Assembly: GCA_965248445.1 (NCBI GenBank)
Contig: CBDFJG010000003.1
Coordinates: 800,001 to 864,000, forward strand
Reading direction: 5' to 3'
Length of the DNA stretch: 64,000 nucleotides
Source of the DNA: Planctomycetota bacterium
Lineage (GTDB): Bacteria; Planctomycetota; JAJSAM01; JAJVHW01
Every line of letters begins with the position of its first letter. Within the stretch, counting starts at the first letter, position 1. A program made the translations under genes and the position numbers. Shown piece by piece: positions 12,553-22,236 of the stretch. The notes below the pieces were generated by a model. It made no database searches and was not told where the DNA came from. It was given only the letters and a program-made list of their open reading frames with translations.

Positions 12553-12938
12553 TCCAGCACCCCTTTCTTCACGACATACACCCAGCCGAGGAAGAGCACG
12601 AGCACGAACGCCGCAGCCTCGGCCATCAGGAGCCCGCTGCCCGGGAAGCTCGCCCGGTCGGTGCCGACGTTGCCGAACGAGACCGCCCACGGGTACATGA
12701 ACACGACCTCGACGTCGAACAGGATGAAGAGCATCGCGACGATGTAGAACTTCACGCTGAATCGTGCGTGCGCCTCGGTCTTGATGGGCATGCCGCACTC
12801 GTACGGCGTGTTTTTCACCCGGTTCTGCCGGCCGCGCTGCCCCAGGATCGCCGAGACGCCGAGCGAGCCCACGGCGAAGAGGACGCCGAAGAGCGCCATC
12901 AGGAGCACCGGCAGGTAGGGGTGAGTCTGCGCTGGCAT
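12534..12938 (-). CDS. nuoA: NADH-quinone oxidoreductase subunit A
   Basis: Motifs PYECG, LFILFDVEVVFMYPWA, KKGVLEW. Confidence 0.97.
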   Translation of the reverse strand: MPAQTHPYLPVLLMALFGVLFAVGSLGVSAILGQRGRQNRVKNTPYECGMPIKTEAHARFSVKFYIVAMLFILFDVEVVFMYPWAVSFGNVGTDRASFPGSGLLMAEAAAFVLVLFLGWVYVVKKGVLEWHKEN

Positions 12939-13541
12939 GAGGCTGGACCCGGCCGGCCCGATCGCTGACGGTCAGGAGCCGCGGCCTTCGCCGCGCAGAG
13001 GGCCGTCGCCGCCCGCGCGCGCGAAGGGTGTGGGCGAACCGTAAGTAGGAAGCGGCAGGCGGCCAAGCACATTTCGCCGGGTCGCGGAGCCTCCGGGGGA
13101 GCAGCTCCGAGGGGCGAGCTAGCCGACGCTCGGAGAGCGCTCTACAGGCACGTTGTCGGCTTCGGCGAGTGGGACCCGCGGCGGCGCCTCGGCTGCTTCG
13201 CGGGCGTCGTCGATGAGCTGACCGGCGCGGTCGAATCGAGCGCCGGGTCGAGGCGAGCGTCGCCCGCCGTGTCGGTGGACGGGAGCCGCTGCGCGAGTCG
13301 CATTCGCGGCGGCCCGGACGCCGCCCGGGGCCCCGACCACACATGGCTCCCGGGGGCGCCGGCTGCACCACAGTCTTCGGGTCTCCACGAAGGCCGCCTT
13401 AGGCTCGCCTCGGGAGGATTCGACGTTTCTCGACGTGAGAGTGCGTCCGCGGCTCGCCGCGTCTCAATCCGGGAATCCGGAGGACAGATTTCTTCTCCCG
13501 GTAGCGCGTGTGACCGCGGTCGTCGCGTCGCGACGGGGAGG

Positions 13542-16376
13542 TCAGGCAGCCTTTTTGGCGGCCGGTTTCTTCGGCTTCGGCACGTTGACACCGATCGCTC
13601 GGAGCTCGTTCTCGATGCGCTTGACCTCGGCCACCGCCGCCTTCCGCTCCCGCTCGACTCGTTGTCGGTCTTCGGGCCGGGCGAAGCGGGCCGTCTCGAG
13701 AGTCCGCTTCAGCCCGTCGGCGCGAGCGCGCGCGGTCTCTAGCCGCCCGATGATCAAGAGGCCCTGCACGGCGAGGACGGTCACGGGACGTCGGTCGGTC
13801 ACGGCCTTGTTCCGGACGGCCCGGAGGGCGCGTGAGATCGCGCCGCGCGTGCCCCGCCAGGGCTCGCGGGCGTGGGCGGCGACCAGCACGGGAACCGTCG
13901 AGGGGTCCGCCAGCGTGGCCAGCGAGCGCGCCGCCTGCGTGCGGAGTCCCCGCCTGGCATCCGCGAGGAACGGCAGCACGACGTCAACCGCGCCCTCACG
14001 GTCCTTCCCGAGCCTGCCGAGAGCAGCCACGGCGGCAGCGCGCGCGTCCGGCGGCGCGCCCGGGGCCGCGTAGCCGGCGGCGATGTCGAACCCGCGGGGG
14101 TCGCCGAGGGTCGCGAGGCCGCGGAGTGCTGCGCTCCTCACGAACCCGCGCCATCCCGGGCGATCGAGCGCCGCGACCATCACGTCGAACACGCCGTCGC
14201 CCTTGAGCCGAGACAGCGACGTGAGCGCTGCGGCCCTCACGAGGTCGTTCGGGTCCGCCGCACGGCGGACGAGTTCCTGCCGGACGTCATCCGACTCCTT
14301 GAACGCGCGCAGCCGCTCCAGCACGCGGAGCCGGACACGCAGGTCCGGGTCGTCGCGCAGCACGGACAACAGCAGAGCGGCATTCTCGGCGCTCGCGGGT
14401 CGCCACAACGAGTTCACCGCAGCCAGGCGCAGGTGATGCGACGCGTCCTCGCGCACGATGCGCACAAGAGTGTCTCGAGCGGCGCGCTTCACGTCCTCGG
14501 TCGCCTTCTTGTCGTTCAGCCGGGACGATATCTTGCGGATGGCGTCGAGGCGTTCCGCGGTCGAAGGCGCGGTGCGCAGCAACCGGTCCCACTCGTCCGG
14601 CCGGCGCTCGACGTCCACTTTCGCGAGCAGGCCACGAGCCGGGTCGAAGCGCACGGTGTCGGGCGGACCGGCGAGCGAGATGCGGAACTCGTGACTCCGC
14701 TCCGTGAGCGCGAACCGGCGGCGAACGGTGGGCGCGCCGGCGCGGTCCACCTCGACGTCGAGTGGCAGCCGGTACGCGGCCGGCGTGCCGTCCTTCGCAT
14801 CGTGCGCCTGCTCCGCGCGCACGACGACCTGGCGCGTTCCCGCATCCCATGACCAAGAGAGCTTCAGGTGAGGCCGGCCGGGCACGCGGAACCACTGGTC
14901 GAAGAACCATGACAGGTCCGCTCCATACGCAGCTGAAGCGGACCTCTCGAAGTCCTCGGTCGTCACCGGGCCGCCCGCGTGGTCGGCGACGTAGCGGCGC
15001 ACGATCGCCTTGAACTTCTCGGTCCCCACCTCGACGCGCAGTGCGTGCAGACGTGCGGCCCCGCCGCCGTACGCATGGCCATCGAAGAAGAGGTCGAACG
15101 GCTTGGCGTAGACGTCGGAGACGACCGGGCGGCGCGACCTGACCGCGGCACCGGCCGCGCCCGCCATCGTGCCGCGCATCCCCACGAGGAAGTCGTCGGT
15201 GCCGCCGTCGTGCTCGCGCCAGAGATGGGTGAAGTACGTGGCAAAGCCCTCGTTCAGCCAAACGTGAGACCAGTGCTTGCAGGTCATCAGGTCGCCGAAC
15301 CACTGGTGCGCGCCCTCGTGAGCAACCAGGCTGTGGCTCGTCCTGGACGGCTCCCACTCCGGTGGGTGAATGGTCCCGCTCGTCAGCGTCGTAGCGCTGA
15401 TGTTCTCCATGCCGCCGAACATGAACTCGCGGACGCAGCACTGCGCGTACTTGGCGTACGGGTACGGCCGTCCCGTGTAGTCGCCGAAGAACTCGAGAAT
15501 GCGCTGAGTGTTGCGCAGCGAGTACGCGACGTGCTCCGTGTCGCGCGCCGAGACCCAGTACTCGAGAGGGACGGCCCCGTCCTCAGCCGTGATCTCGTAC
15601 TCCCCCGCCACGAACGTGGTCAGGTAGGTCACGTGGGCGTTGTCCATCCTGTAGTGCCACGTGCGGCGTGCGCCGGGCAGGTCCTCGACGTCGGTGCGCA
15701 CTCCCGCCGCGGACACGGACATGTGGTCGGGCACCGTCACGTGGATCGCGTGCGTCGCGACGTCGTCGGGGAAGTCGTGGCACGGCATCCAGTGACGCGT
15801 GTCCTCGCACTCGCCTTGTGTGAACGCCTGAAGAGGAGCGTCGGGGTGCGCAGCCGTGGACGAGTTGAAGTACACACCCGCCGTGGGCCGCGCCGCGTAC
15901 CTGATCGAGTAGCGCCGTTCCGTCCCCGCTCTCGATCCGCCGGGCAGCGGGATGGCCAGCACGCGCCCGTCGTAGTCGAACGGCACGGCCGCACCTTGTC
16001 CGTTCGTGACGGTACGCACGTCGAGTTCGACCGCGTCGAGCAAGAGCGCGTGGTGTCCGTCGGCCGCATCGGTGATGTCGATGGTGACCCTGCCGCCAAG
16101 CGCCTCGAGGTCGAAGTCGAGTTCGACGGCGATGTCGTCGTTCGTCACGTCGAAGCCCCAGACGGGCTGCGGATGGGCGACCTTCTTCGGCGCGACGGGG
16201 TCCTCGGGCAGACGGTCGTCGAACGGGCGCGCAGGGTCCGGCTGGACTCGTTGCAGCAACAGCGGCTCCGGCATGGGACCGCGGAACACGGGAAGTGCCT
16301 CCGGGGCGGCCGCCGCGCAGGCGCCCGTGACCGCGAGGCAGACGGCGAGACTCAGGATCGGCGGAGTGGGTCTCAC
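13542..16376 (-). CDS. Secreted M1-family aminopeptidase with C-terminal HEAT repeats and coiled coil
   Basis: Signal-peptide-like N-terminus from GTG 16376; GGMEN; HEGAHQWFGD...WLNEGFA (HEXXH-X18-E); HEAT-like repeats (VRAAALTSL, VRSAALRGL); Lys-rich tail. Confidence 0.9.
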   Translation of the reverse strand: MRPTPPILSLAVCLAVTGACAAAAPEALPVFRGPMPEPLLLQRVQPDPARPFDDRLPEDPVAPKKVAHPQPVWGFDVTNDDIAVELDFDLEALGGRVTIDITDAADGHHALLLDAVELDVRTVTNGQGAAVPFDYDGRVLAIPLPGGSRAGTERRYSIRYAARPTAGVYFNSSTAAHPDAPLQAFTQGECEDTRHWMPCHDFPDDVATHAIHVTVPDHMSVSAAGVRTDVEDLPGARRTWHYRMDNAHVTYLTTFVAGEYEITAEDGAVPLEYWVSARDTEHVAYSLRNTQRILEFFGDYTGRPYPYAKYAQCCVREFMFGGMENISATTLTSGTIHPPEWEPSRTSHSLVAHEGAHQWFGDLMTCKHWSHVWLNEGFATYFTHLWREHDGGTDDFLVGMRGTMAGAAGAAVRSRRPVVSDVYAKPFDLFFDGHAYGGGAARLHALRVEVGTEKFKAIVRRYVADHAGGPVTTEDFERSASAAYGADLSWFFDQWFRVPGRPHLKLSWSWDAGTRQVVVRAEQAHDAKDGTPAAYRLPLDVEVDRAGAPTVRRRFALTERSHEFRISLAGPPDTVRFDPARGLLAKVDVERRPDEWDRLLRTAPSTAERLDAIRKISSRLNDKKATEDVKRAARDTLVRIVREDASHHLRLAAVNSLWRPASAENAALLLSVLRDDPDLRVRLRVLERLRAFKESDDVRQELVRRAADPNDLVRAAALTSLSRLKGDGVFDVMVAALDRPGWRGFVRSAALRGLATLGDPRGFDIAAGYAAPGAPPDARAAAVAALGRLGKDREGAVDVVLPFLADARRGLRTQAARSLATLADPSTVPVLVAAHAREPWRGTRGAISRALRAVRNKAVTDRRPVTVLAVQGLLIIGRLETARARADGLKRTLETARFARPEDRQRVERERKAAVAEVKRIENELRAIGVNVPKPKKPAAKKAA

Positions 16377-17227
16377 CCGAAGGTCTCGTCGCTCGTGAGC
16401 CGTGCGGACACGTCGGCGGCCAACGGCCGCGCCTCGGGCTCCTTGGCCAGCGTGTCGCGAAGCAGCCGCGCGACGCCTCTCGGGCAGCGCGGATCCACCG
16501 CACGCGCGTCGGGGACGCTCTTCTCCAGATGTCCGACGAGCACGTCGAGGAGCGTCGCCCCGACAAAGGGGGCCCGTCCGGTCAGCGTCCTGAACAGCAC
16601 GCAGCCGAACGAGTAGATGTCCGCAGGCGTTCCGGGGGTCTGTCCACGCACCTGTTCCGGCGCGATGCTGTGCGCGGTGCCGAGCACGGTCCCGGTGCGG
16701 GTCAGACGGTCGGAATCGGAGAGACGCGCCAAGCCGAAGTCGAACAGACGCGCGCGCGCCGGCGTCCCGGAGGCGATCAAGATGTTCTGTCCGGAGAGGT
16801 CGCGATGGACGACGCCCGCCTCGTGCGCCGCCGCCAGTGCGTCCGCGACTCCGGCCAGCAGACGGCACGCATCCCGGGCGTATTCGTCGTAGCCCGGCGC
16901 GCCCTTGTCCGGGCGGGTCGCGAGCGCCCACTCGGTCAGCAGCCTCCCGTCGAGCAACTCCATCGCGATCCAGGGCGTGGACTCTCCGTCCGCCTCGCGC
17001 ACGCCATGCCCCAGCACCTGCACGATGGCCGGATGCTGCGCGGCGCGGAGAGCGGCCACCTCACGGGCGAACCGTCCATCCGCGTTGTCCGACGGCGTTT
17101 TGCCGTCCAGCAGCTTGATCGCACACGCTTGGCCGGTCTCTCGGTCGCGCGCGCGGAACACGCGGGCGAACGATCCGGCACCGAGCGGCGCCAGGAGTTC
17201 GAAGCGTCCGCCCACGACCCCACCCAT
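16373..17227 (-). CDS. Stand-alone Hanks-type Ser/Thr protein kinase
   Basis: Motifs LGAGSFARV, AIK, HRDLSGQN, DFG, APE, DIYSFG; no sensor or TM domain. Confidence 0.92.
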   Translation of the reverse strand: MGGVVGGRFELLAPLGAGSFARVFRARDRETGQACAIKLLDGKTPSDNADGRFAREVAALRAAQHPAIVQVLGHGVREADGESTPWIAMELLDGRLLTEWALATRPDKGAPGYDEYARDACRLLAGVADALAAAHEAGVVHRDLSGQNILIASGTPARARLFDFGLARLSDSDRLTRTGTVLGTAHSIAPEQVRGQTPGTPADIYSFGCVLFRTLTGRAPFVGATLLDVLVGHLEKSVPDARAVDPRCPRGVARLLRDTLAKEPEARPLAADVSARLTSDETFG

Positions 17228-17264
17228 AGGCCGCGGAGTCTAGCTTGCCGGCGCTGCGAGTCCG

Positions 17265-18545
17265 CTATCGGCGCAGGAACGGTCCGGGGAACTCTCCGGG
17301 CGGGTGCGTCGCTTCGCGCGCAGCCTTGCGCAGGCGGGCGGCCTCCGCCTCGCGTCCGGCGTCGCCGGCCGCGAGGGCGTCCACGAAAAGAACGTCGTTC
17401 GTCCGCCCGGCCAGAGTCGCGTAGGCCACGCCCCAGTCGGCCCCGCCGCGCCCCAACAGGCGCGCAGCCATGGCGCGGACGAACGATGGCGCCTCTGCGT
17501 CTGCCAGCGCCGTCAGTTCCTTCCGCGCCTTCTCCGCATCCCCGGACTCGCGGTGGAGCAGGGCACGCGCGAACGCCATCTGCCGCGAGACGGCGGGCGG
17601 AAGGCTCGCAGCTTCCGTGCGGTCAAGGGCCGTCAGCGCCGCGCTCGCGTTCCGGGTCCCCGCGTGCGCCATCGCCAGGGCAAACGCCGCGCGCGCGGAC
17701 GTCCGGCCCTTCCCGGCCCAGCGCGTGGCCGCGGTGACAGCGCGCTCGTAGTCGCCGCAACGCAACAAGGACTCGGTGGCTTCTCGGACGATGTTGCGGC
17801 CGATGGGATCGAGCGGTGCGCCCTGCGCCGCCAGCAACAGGTCAGCGCCGGCCTCATCGAACTTCCCGAGTCGCTCCTTCGCCAGGCCGCGCACGAGCGC
17901 TACATCCGGGTACTGCTGCTCCACGGGGGCAACGAGCTCGAGCGCCTCGCGCGGATCGCGGGCGACGATGGTCGCCGCCAGTCCCGTGCGCGCGTCGATG
18001 GAGTTGGGATCGACCAGGACCGCGTGACGAAGTGTCGTCTCGGCGTCCGCCGTTCGGCCGAGGGCGCGCAGCGCGGCGCCGTGACCCAGGAGCGTGTCCA
18101 GTTCGTCCGGCCAGTGGCGCCGCGCGCGCATGTAGAGCACTTCGGCTTCCTTCGCGCGCCCGGCGGCGAGCAGTTCACCGGCCGCGTCACGCGCGATGAC
18201 GGGAGTCTCCTGGTCGAGCATCGCCGCGCGCAACAGGCTGTCGAGCGCTTCGACGTGGCGACCCGACTGCCGGTGCAGGATGCCCAGCGCGTGGTGCACA
18301 GCGGCCGCCTCCGGCTCCTCGGCGATCAGCTCCCGGAAGATCGTCTCCGCCGCCGCGTCGTCGCCCCGGTCGAACAGCCGCTGCGCCTCGCGGAATCGCT
18401 TCACGTAGCGATCGATGCGGAGCAGCTCGACGGGCGACGGAGGGGCGTCGTCAGTCCCGTCGCCGGGCACCGCGAGCAGCACAAGACACGCCGCCAGGGC
18501 AGCCGCGATGGGCAGGACGACGTACAGGCGTGCGCGTTTGGCCAC
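17265..18545 (-). CDS. Membrane-anchored/secreted TPR repeat protein
   Basis: N-terminal hydrophobic segment followed by several TPR-like helical repeats (e.g. AAVHHALGILHRQSGRHVEALDSL). Confidence 0.8.
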   Translation of the reverse strand: MAKRARLYVVLPIAAALAACLVLLAVPGDGTDDAPPSPVELLRIDRYVKRFREAQRLFDRGDDAAAETIFRELIAEEPEAAAVHHALGILHRQSGRHVEALDSLLRAAMLDQETPVIARDAAGELLAAGRAKEAEVLYMRARRHWPDELDTLLGHGAALRALGRTADAETTLRHAVLVDPNSIDARTGLAATIVARDPREALELVAPVEQQYPDVALVRGLAKERLGKFDEAGADLLLAAQGAPLDPIGRNIVREATESLLRCGDYERAVTAATRWAGKGRTSARAAFALAMAHAGTRNASAALTALDRTEAASLPPAVSRQMAFARALLHRESGDAEKARKELTALADAEAPSFVRAMAARLLGRGGADWGVAYATLAGRTNDVLFVDALAAGDAGREAEAARLRKAAREATHPPGEFPGPFLRR

Positions 18546-18631
18546 GGATTGGGTCCCGGCGGCCTCCTCGGGGAACTACGCTCCCACCCTCGGCGCCGCC
18601 ACTCTCGGGATCGGCTGCCCGCGAGGGACAC

Positions 18632-21600
18632 ATGAACCTGAACGCTCTAATTCCGGGCACGGCCGTCGTCCTGGCGCTCCTCGCAGCGACCGCACGGGCA
18701 GGCCCGGAGATCCGCTCCCACGACCTCCAGCTGACCCTGGATCCGTCCTCGGGCAGGCTCGACGGCACGGACACGGTCGCTGTCGCGAGGGATGGCGGGG
18801 GCAAACTCCGCTTCTCGCTGAACGCGGCCCTCACCATCTCGGAGGCGCTCGTCGACGGCCGCAAGGCCCTCGGGCTCGAGAAGGTCGAGGACGACGGCTG
18901 GCGGGCGGAGTGGCAGATCGACGTGCCGGCCGGTCCGGGTGCGATGGGAGCGATGCGACTGCGTTACTCCGGCCGGATCCAGGACGACGTCGAGAAGAGC
19001 GAGACGCTTGGATTCGTGGTCGGCGACAGCTGCCGCGGTGTCGTGTTCGACCAGGGGGTCTACCTCTCGGGCGGCTCGTATTACTACCCCGACGACGGCG
19101 GCGTCGCGCGCTTCGACGTTCGTGTCAGCATCCCCGCCCCCTACCTCGCGATCTCGCAGGGCACATTGGTCGAGCGAACGTCCGTCGGGACGAGCGACGT
19201 GTCACGCTGGCGCGGCAAGGTCACCGCGGATTCACTGGCCGTCGTCGCGGGACGGCTGAAGTACTTCGAGCGCAAGGGGAAGCGCGTCACCGTCGGCGCC
19301 TATCTCTCGGACGCCAACGCCGCGGGTGCCGAGATCCTGCTGGACGCGGCGGAGCGCGAGATCGCCACGTACTCCGAGCTTCTCGGTGCTTACGCCTTCG
19401 ACCGGTTCGACGTCGTGGAGAACTTCTTCTCCTCCGGCTACGGCTTCCCCGAATTCACGCTTCTGGGCCAGCACGTGGTCGCGCGCATGGTCATGGAGTC
19501 GCAACGGTCCGGGCGCATCCCCCCGGGCTACCTAGACCACGAGATCGTGCACTGCTGGTGGGGCAACCTCGTGTACCCCGACTACGACGCGGGCAACTGG
19601 TGCGAGGGGCTGACGAGCTACTGCTCGAACTACCTCGCAAAGGAGCGCGAGAGCCCGGCGGCGGCGCGCACGCACCGCGAACGCAGTTCCGTGCGGTTCT
19701 CAACCCGGGTGACCGCGGACCGCGACTACCCCGTGCGTTCGTTCACGGGCAAGGTCGAGGACTTCGACAACGAGATCGGCTACACGAAGTGCTCGATGAC
19801 CTTCCACATGCTGCGTCGCGAGATCGGCGACAAGGCGTTCTGGAGCACCCTACGACGGGTAACGAAGGACCACGCAGGCAAGCGCGTCTCGTGGGCGGTC
19901 TGGCAAGCGGAGTTCGAGAAGACCAGCGGCCGCAACCTGGGCGAGTTCTTCGCACAGTGGCTGGACCGCACCGGGGCGCCGCTGCTGGGCCTCGGTGATA
20001 CGCGCGTCGAGTCGAAGGACGGACGAACGCGCGTGATCGGGACTATCCAGCAACACCTCGCGCCGGACGAGAAGCCATGGAAGCTCACCGTCCCCCTCGT
20101 CGTGGAACTGCTCGACGGTCAGGAGGAGTTCGAGGTCGTCCTGAACGGCGCGTCGGCGGACTTCTCCGTGCTCGTGCCGTCGCTCCCGCTAGCCGTGCAC
20201 GTGGACCCGGAGCACCACGTATTCCGACGTCTGGCGCCCGCCGAGATCCCGGCCTGCCTCTCCGCCACGTTGGAGCGTCCGCACACGATGGTCGTGTATC
20301 CCGACGACGACTCCGCGCTGCGCGCGGTAGCCGAGCGCGCGCGGTCCAAGGGCGCAACCGTCATTTCCGCGTCGGAGGCGCCGAAGACGGTCCCGAAGGG
20401 AGTCAGCCTCCTGATCCTCGGAGACACCGAGCGCGTGCCCCTGCTGGCGGCGTTGCGGGCGCCGCTGAAGTCTCACTTCCCCGGGCGCGGTGACGGCGAA
20501 GACGTGACCATCCTCGCGACGTCGCGCAGCCCCGCTGACCGCAACGAGTTCGTGACGACGTTCGTCGGGACACCCGAGGCACTCGCCGGACGCGCGCGCG
20601 CGATCTTCTACTACCAGTTCGACGGACGCATCGTGTTCGCCGGACGCCGGCCCCGTGAGCGCGAGACGGTACCCGGCGTCAGTCTCACGCGCAAGCGCGT
20701 GCTCCCCGACGTGCGCGCCGATCCGCTGCGGGTCGAGCGCCACTTGAAGGCGCTTACAGCGAAGGACATCGAGGGGCGCCTCGCGGGCACCGCCGCTGAG
20801 AAGGCGGCGCGGCGGATCGTGGCGACGGCCTTGCGCGAAGCGGGACTCGCAGTGTCGGAACAGAAGTTCTCGTTCAAGGTGCGTCGCACACACGCAGAGA
20901 GTGAACTCCTGGTCGGCGGCGAACGGGTCGCCGACGCACACCCGCTCGTTGCGTCTCCAACGACCGAGCCGGACGGCGTGACGGCAGCCGGGTTCGCCAG
21001 TGATCCGTCCGACGACCTGACCGGGCTCGCCCTCGTGGTAGACGTCCCGGCGCAGAGCGATGACCCGCTCGGGTTCGTGCGCGGTGTCGCCGAACTCGCC
21101 AAGGCCGGAGGGGCCGTGGCGGTGTTGGTGCGTGTGCCCGAAGAGGGCGCCGCGCGGGTGGCCGAGCTGTACGAGACGCCGGAGGCACTGCACCCGGCCG
21201 TGCGCGCGCGGTTGGACGCGACGAAAGCGCGCGGCGGATCCGGGGACCACCTCATGCGCGCGGCCGGTACGGCGGCCCGAAACGGGTACCGGGTCGACCT
21301 GCCGCTCCCCGCGTTCGCCGTGCCGGCCGATACCGCGCTGGACGGGACGCTGACCCTCATCGTCAAGTGGAACGAAGTCGTCATCGAGAGCGCGAACGTC
21401 GTCGGGCGCTTGCAGGGCGGCGGAGGCCGCGGCCGGGCGATCCTCCTTGGCGCGCACGTCGATCACCTCGGTACCGGCTTCCCCGGTGCGGACGACGATG
21501 CGTCCGGACTGGCCGCGCTCATCGAGGCAGCGAACGTCCTCGCCGCACATCAGGACCGGCTGTCGCGGGACGTGCTGTTCGTCGCGTTCGGGGCCGAGGA

Positions 21601-22009
21601 GTGGGGCCTGCGCGGCAGTCGTCACTACATGAACAGCTTGAACGCCGACTATCCGGTGGAGCCACGCGTGTCGGTCGCGCTGACGGCGGACACGATCGGG
21701 CACGCGGCGGTCACCGACGTCTCGATCGTCGGCATCTCCAAGCACCCGCGACTCGCGCGCGTCGTCGCCGCCGCACTCGAGCAGTCGTCGTTCACGGTCG
21801 GCAAGGACATCGACCGCTTCGCGTTCGCGCACGGCAGCGACCACTACTCATTCCACGAACAAGGTGTGCCGGCGGTCGATCTCTGGTCGGGCGACTACCA
21901 GGTCATGCACACGAAACGGGACACGCTCGACATCGTGGACCCGAAGAAGATCGCCCGCATCGGCCGGGCCATGGCGCTGGCCGCGCTCGCGCTGTCGAAC
22001 TCGTACTGA
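18632..22009 (+). CDS. Secreted M1-like + M28 fusion zinc peptidase
   Basis: ATG 18632 with signal peptide. N-domain: GYGFP..HEIVHCWWGN...WCEG. C-domain: GAHVDH, GADDDASG, AEEWG, SDH, HT..D. Confidence 0.88.
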   Translation: MNLNALIPGTAVVLALLAATARAGPEIRSHDLQLTLDPSSGRLDGTDTVAVARDGGGKLRFSLNAALTISEALVDGRKALGLEKVEDDGWRAEWQIDVPAGPGAMGAMRLRYSGRIQDDVEKSETLGFVVGDSCRGVVFDQGVYLSGGSYYYPDDGGVARFDVRVSIPAPYLAISQGTLVERTSVGTSDVSRWRGKVTADSLAVVAGRLKYFERKGKRVTVGAYLSDANAAGAEILLDAAEREIATYSELLGAYAFDRFDVVENFFSSGYGFPEFTLLGQHVVARMVMESQRSGRIPPGYLDHEIVHCWWGNLVYPDYDAGNWCEGLTSYCSNYLAKERESPAAARTHRERSSVRFSTRVTADRDYPVRSFTGKVEDFDNEIGYTKCSMTFHMLRREIGDKAFWSTLRRVTKDHAGKRVSWAVWQAEFEKTSGRNLGEFFAQWLDRTGAPLLGLGDTRVESKDGRTRVIGTIQQHLAPDEKPWKLTVPLVVELLDGQEEFEVVLNGASADFSVLVPSLPLAVHVDPEHHVFRRLAPAEIPACLSATLERPHTMVVYPDDDSALRAVAERARSKGATVISASEAPKTVPKGVSLLILGDTERVPLLAALRAPLKSHFPGRGDGEDVTILATSRSPADRNEFVTTFVGTPEALAGRARAIFYYQFDGRIVFAGRRPRERETVPGVSLTRKRVLPDVRADPLRVERHLKALTAKDIEGRLAGTAAEKAARRIVATALREAGLAVSEQKFSFKVRRTHAESELLVGGERVADAHPLVASPTTEPDGVTAAGFASDPSDDLTGLALVVDVPAQSDDPLGFVRGVAELAKAGGAVAVLVRVPEEGAARVAELYETPEALHPAVRARLDATKARGGSGDHLMRAAGTAARNGYRVDLPLPAFAVPADTALDGTLTLIVKWNEVVIESANVVGRLQGGGGRGRAILLGAHVDHLGTGFPGADDDASGLAALIEAANVLAAHQDRLSRDVLFVAFGAEEWGLRGSRHYMNSLNADYPVEPRVSVALTADTIGHAAVTDVSIVGISKHPRLARVVAAALEQSSFTVGKDIDRFAFAHGSDHYSFHEQGVPAVDLWSGDYQVMHTKRDTLDIVDPKKIARIGRAMALAALALSNSY

Positions 22010-22022
22010 CTGGCGTCGGGCA

Positions 22023-22046
22023 CGCGGATCGCAAACGCGATCCGCG
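22023..22046. terminator. Hairpin just after the peptidase stop, in a convergent intergenic region
   Basis: Perfect 10-bp stem CGCGGATCGC-aaac-GCGATCCGCG; no strong U-tract. Confidence 0.5.
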
Positions 22047-22236
22047 CGCCGTCCTGGTCAGTTTGTATCCCTCCTACGCGACCTCCGGTCGCTACGGACG
22101 GCTGCGGTCACGCCGGTTGGTCCGGGGGGGCCACCGAAGCGACGAGTCGACATGCGTCGATGCGCCGACGGCGCCGCACGGGGTCGTTCTGCGCGGTCCC
22201 CGCCGGCACCAGGGTCCGAGGCGTCCGCGTCGCGCG

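Noticed and set aside
13119..13388. 89-aa minus-strand ORF in the nuoA upstream gap
   Set aside because: Arg/Pro/Ala-rich, no recognisable motif and no clear RBS; not supportable as a gene.
13360..13430. tmRNA- or RNase P-like fragments (GCACCA, GGATTCGACG) upstream of nuoA
   Set aside because: No acceptor stem or T-arm, no tag reading frame, and no GAGGAAAGTCC core.
22047..22236. Possible ncRNA between convergent genes, weakly similar to 42473-42497
   Set aside because: The similarity is short and gapped, and no known RNA family motif is recognisable.
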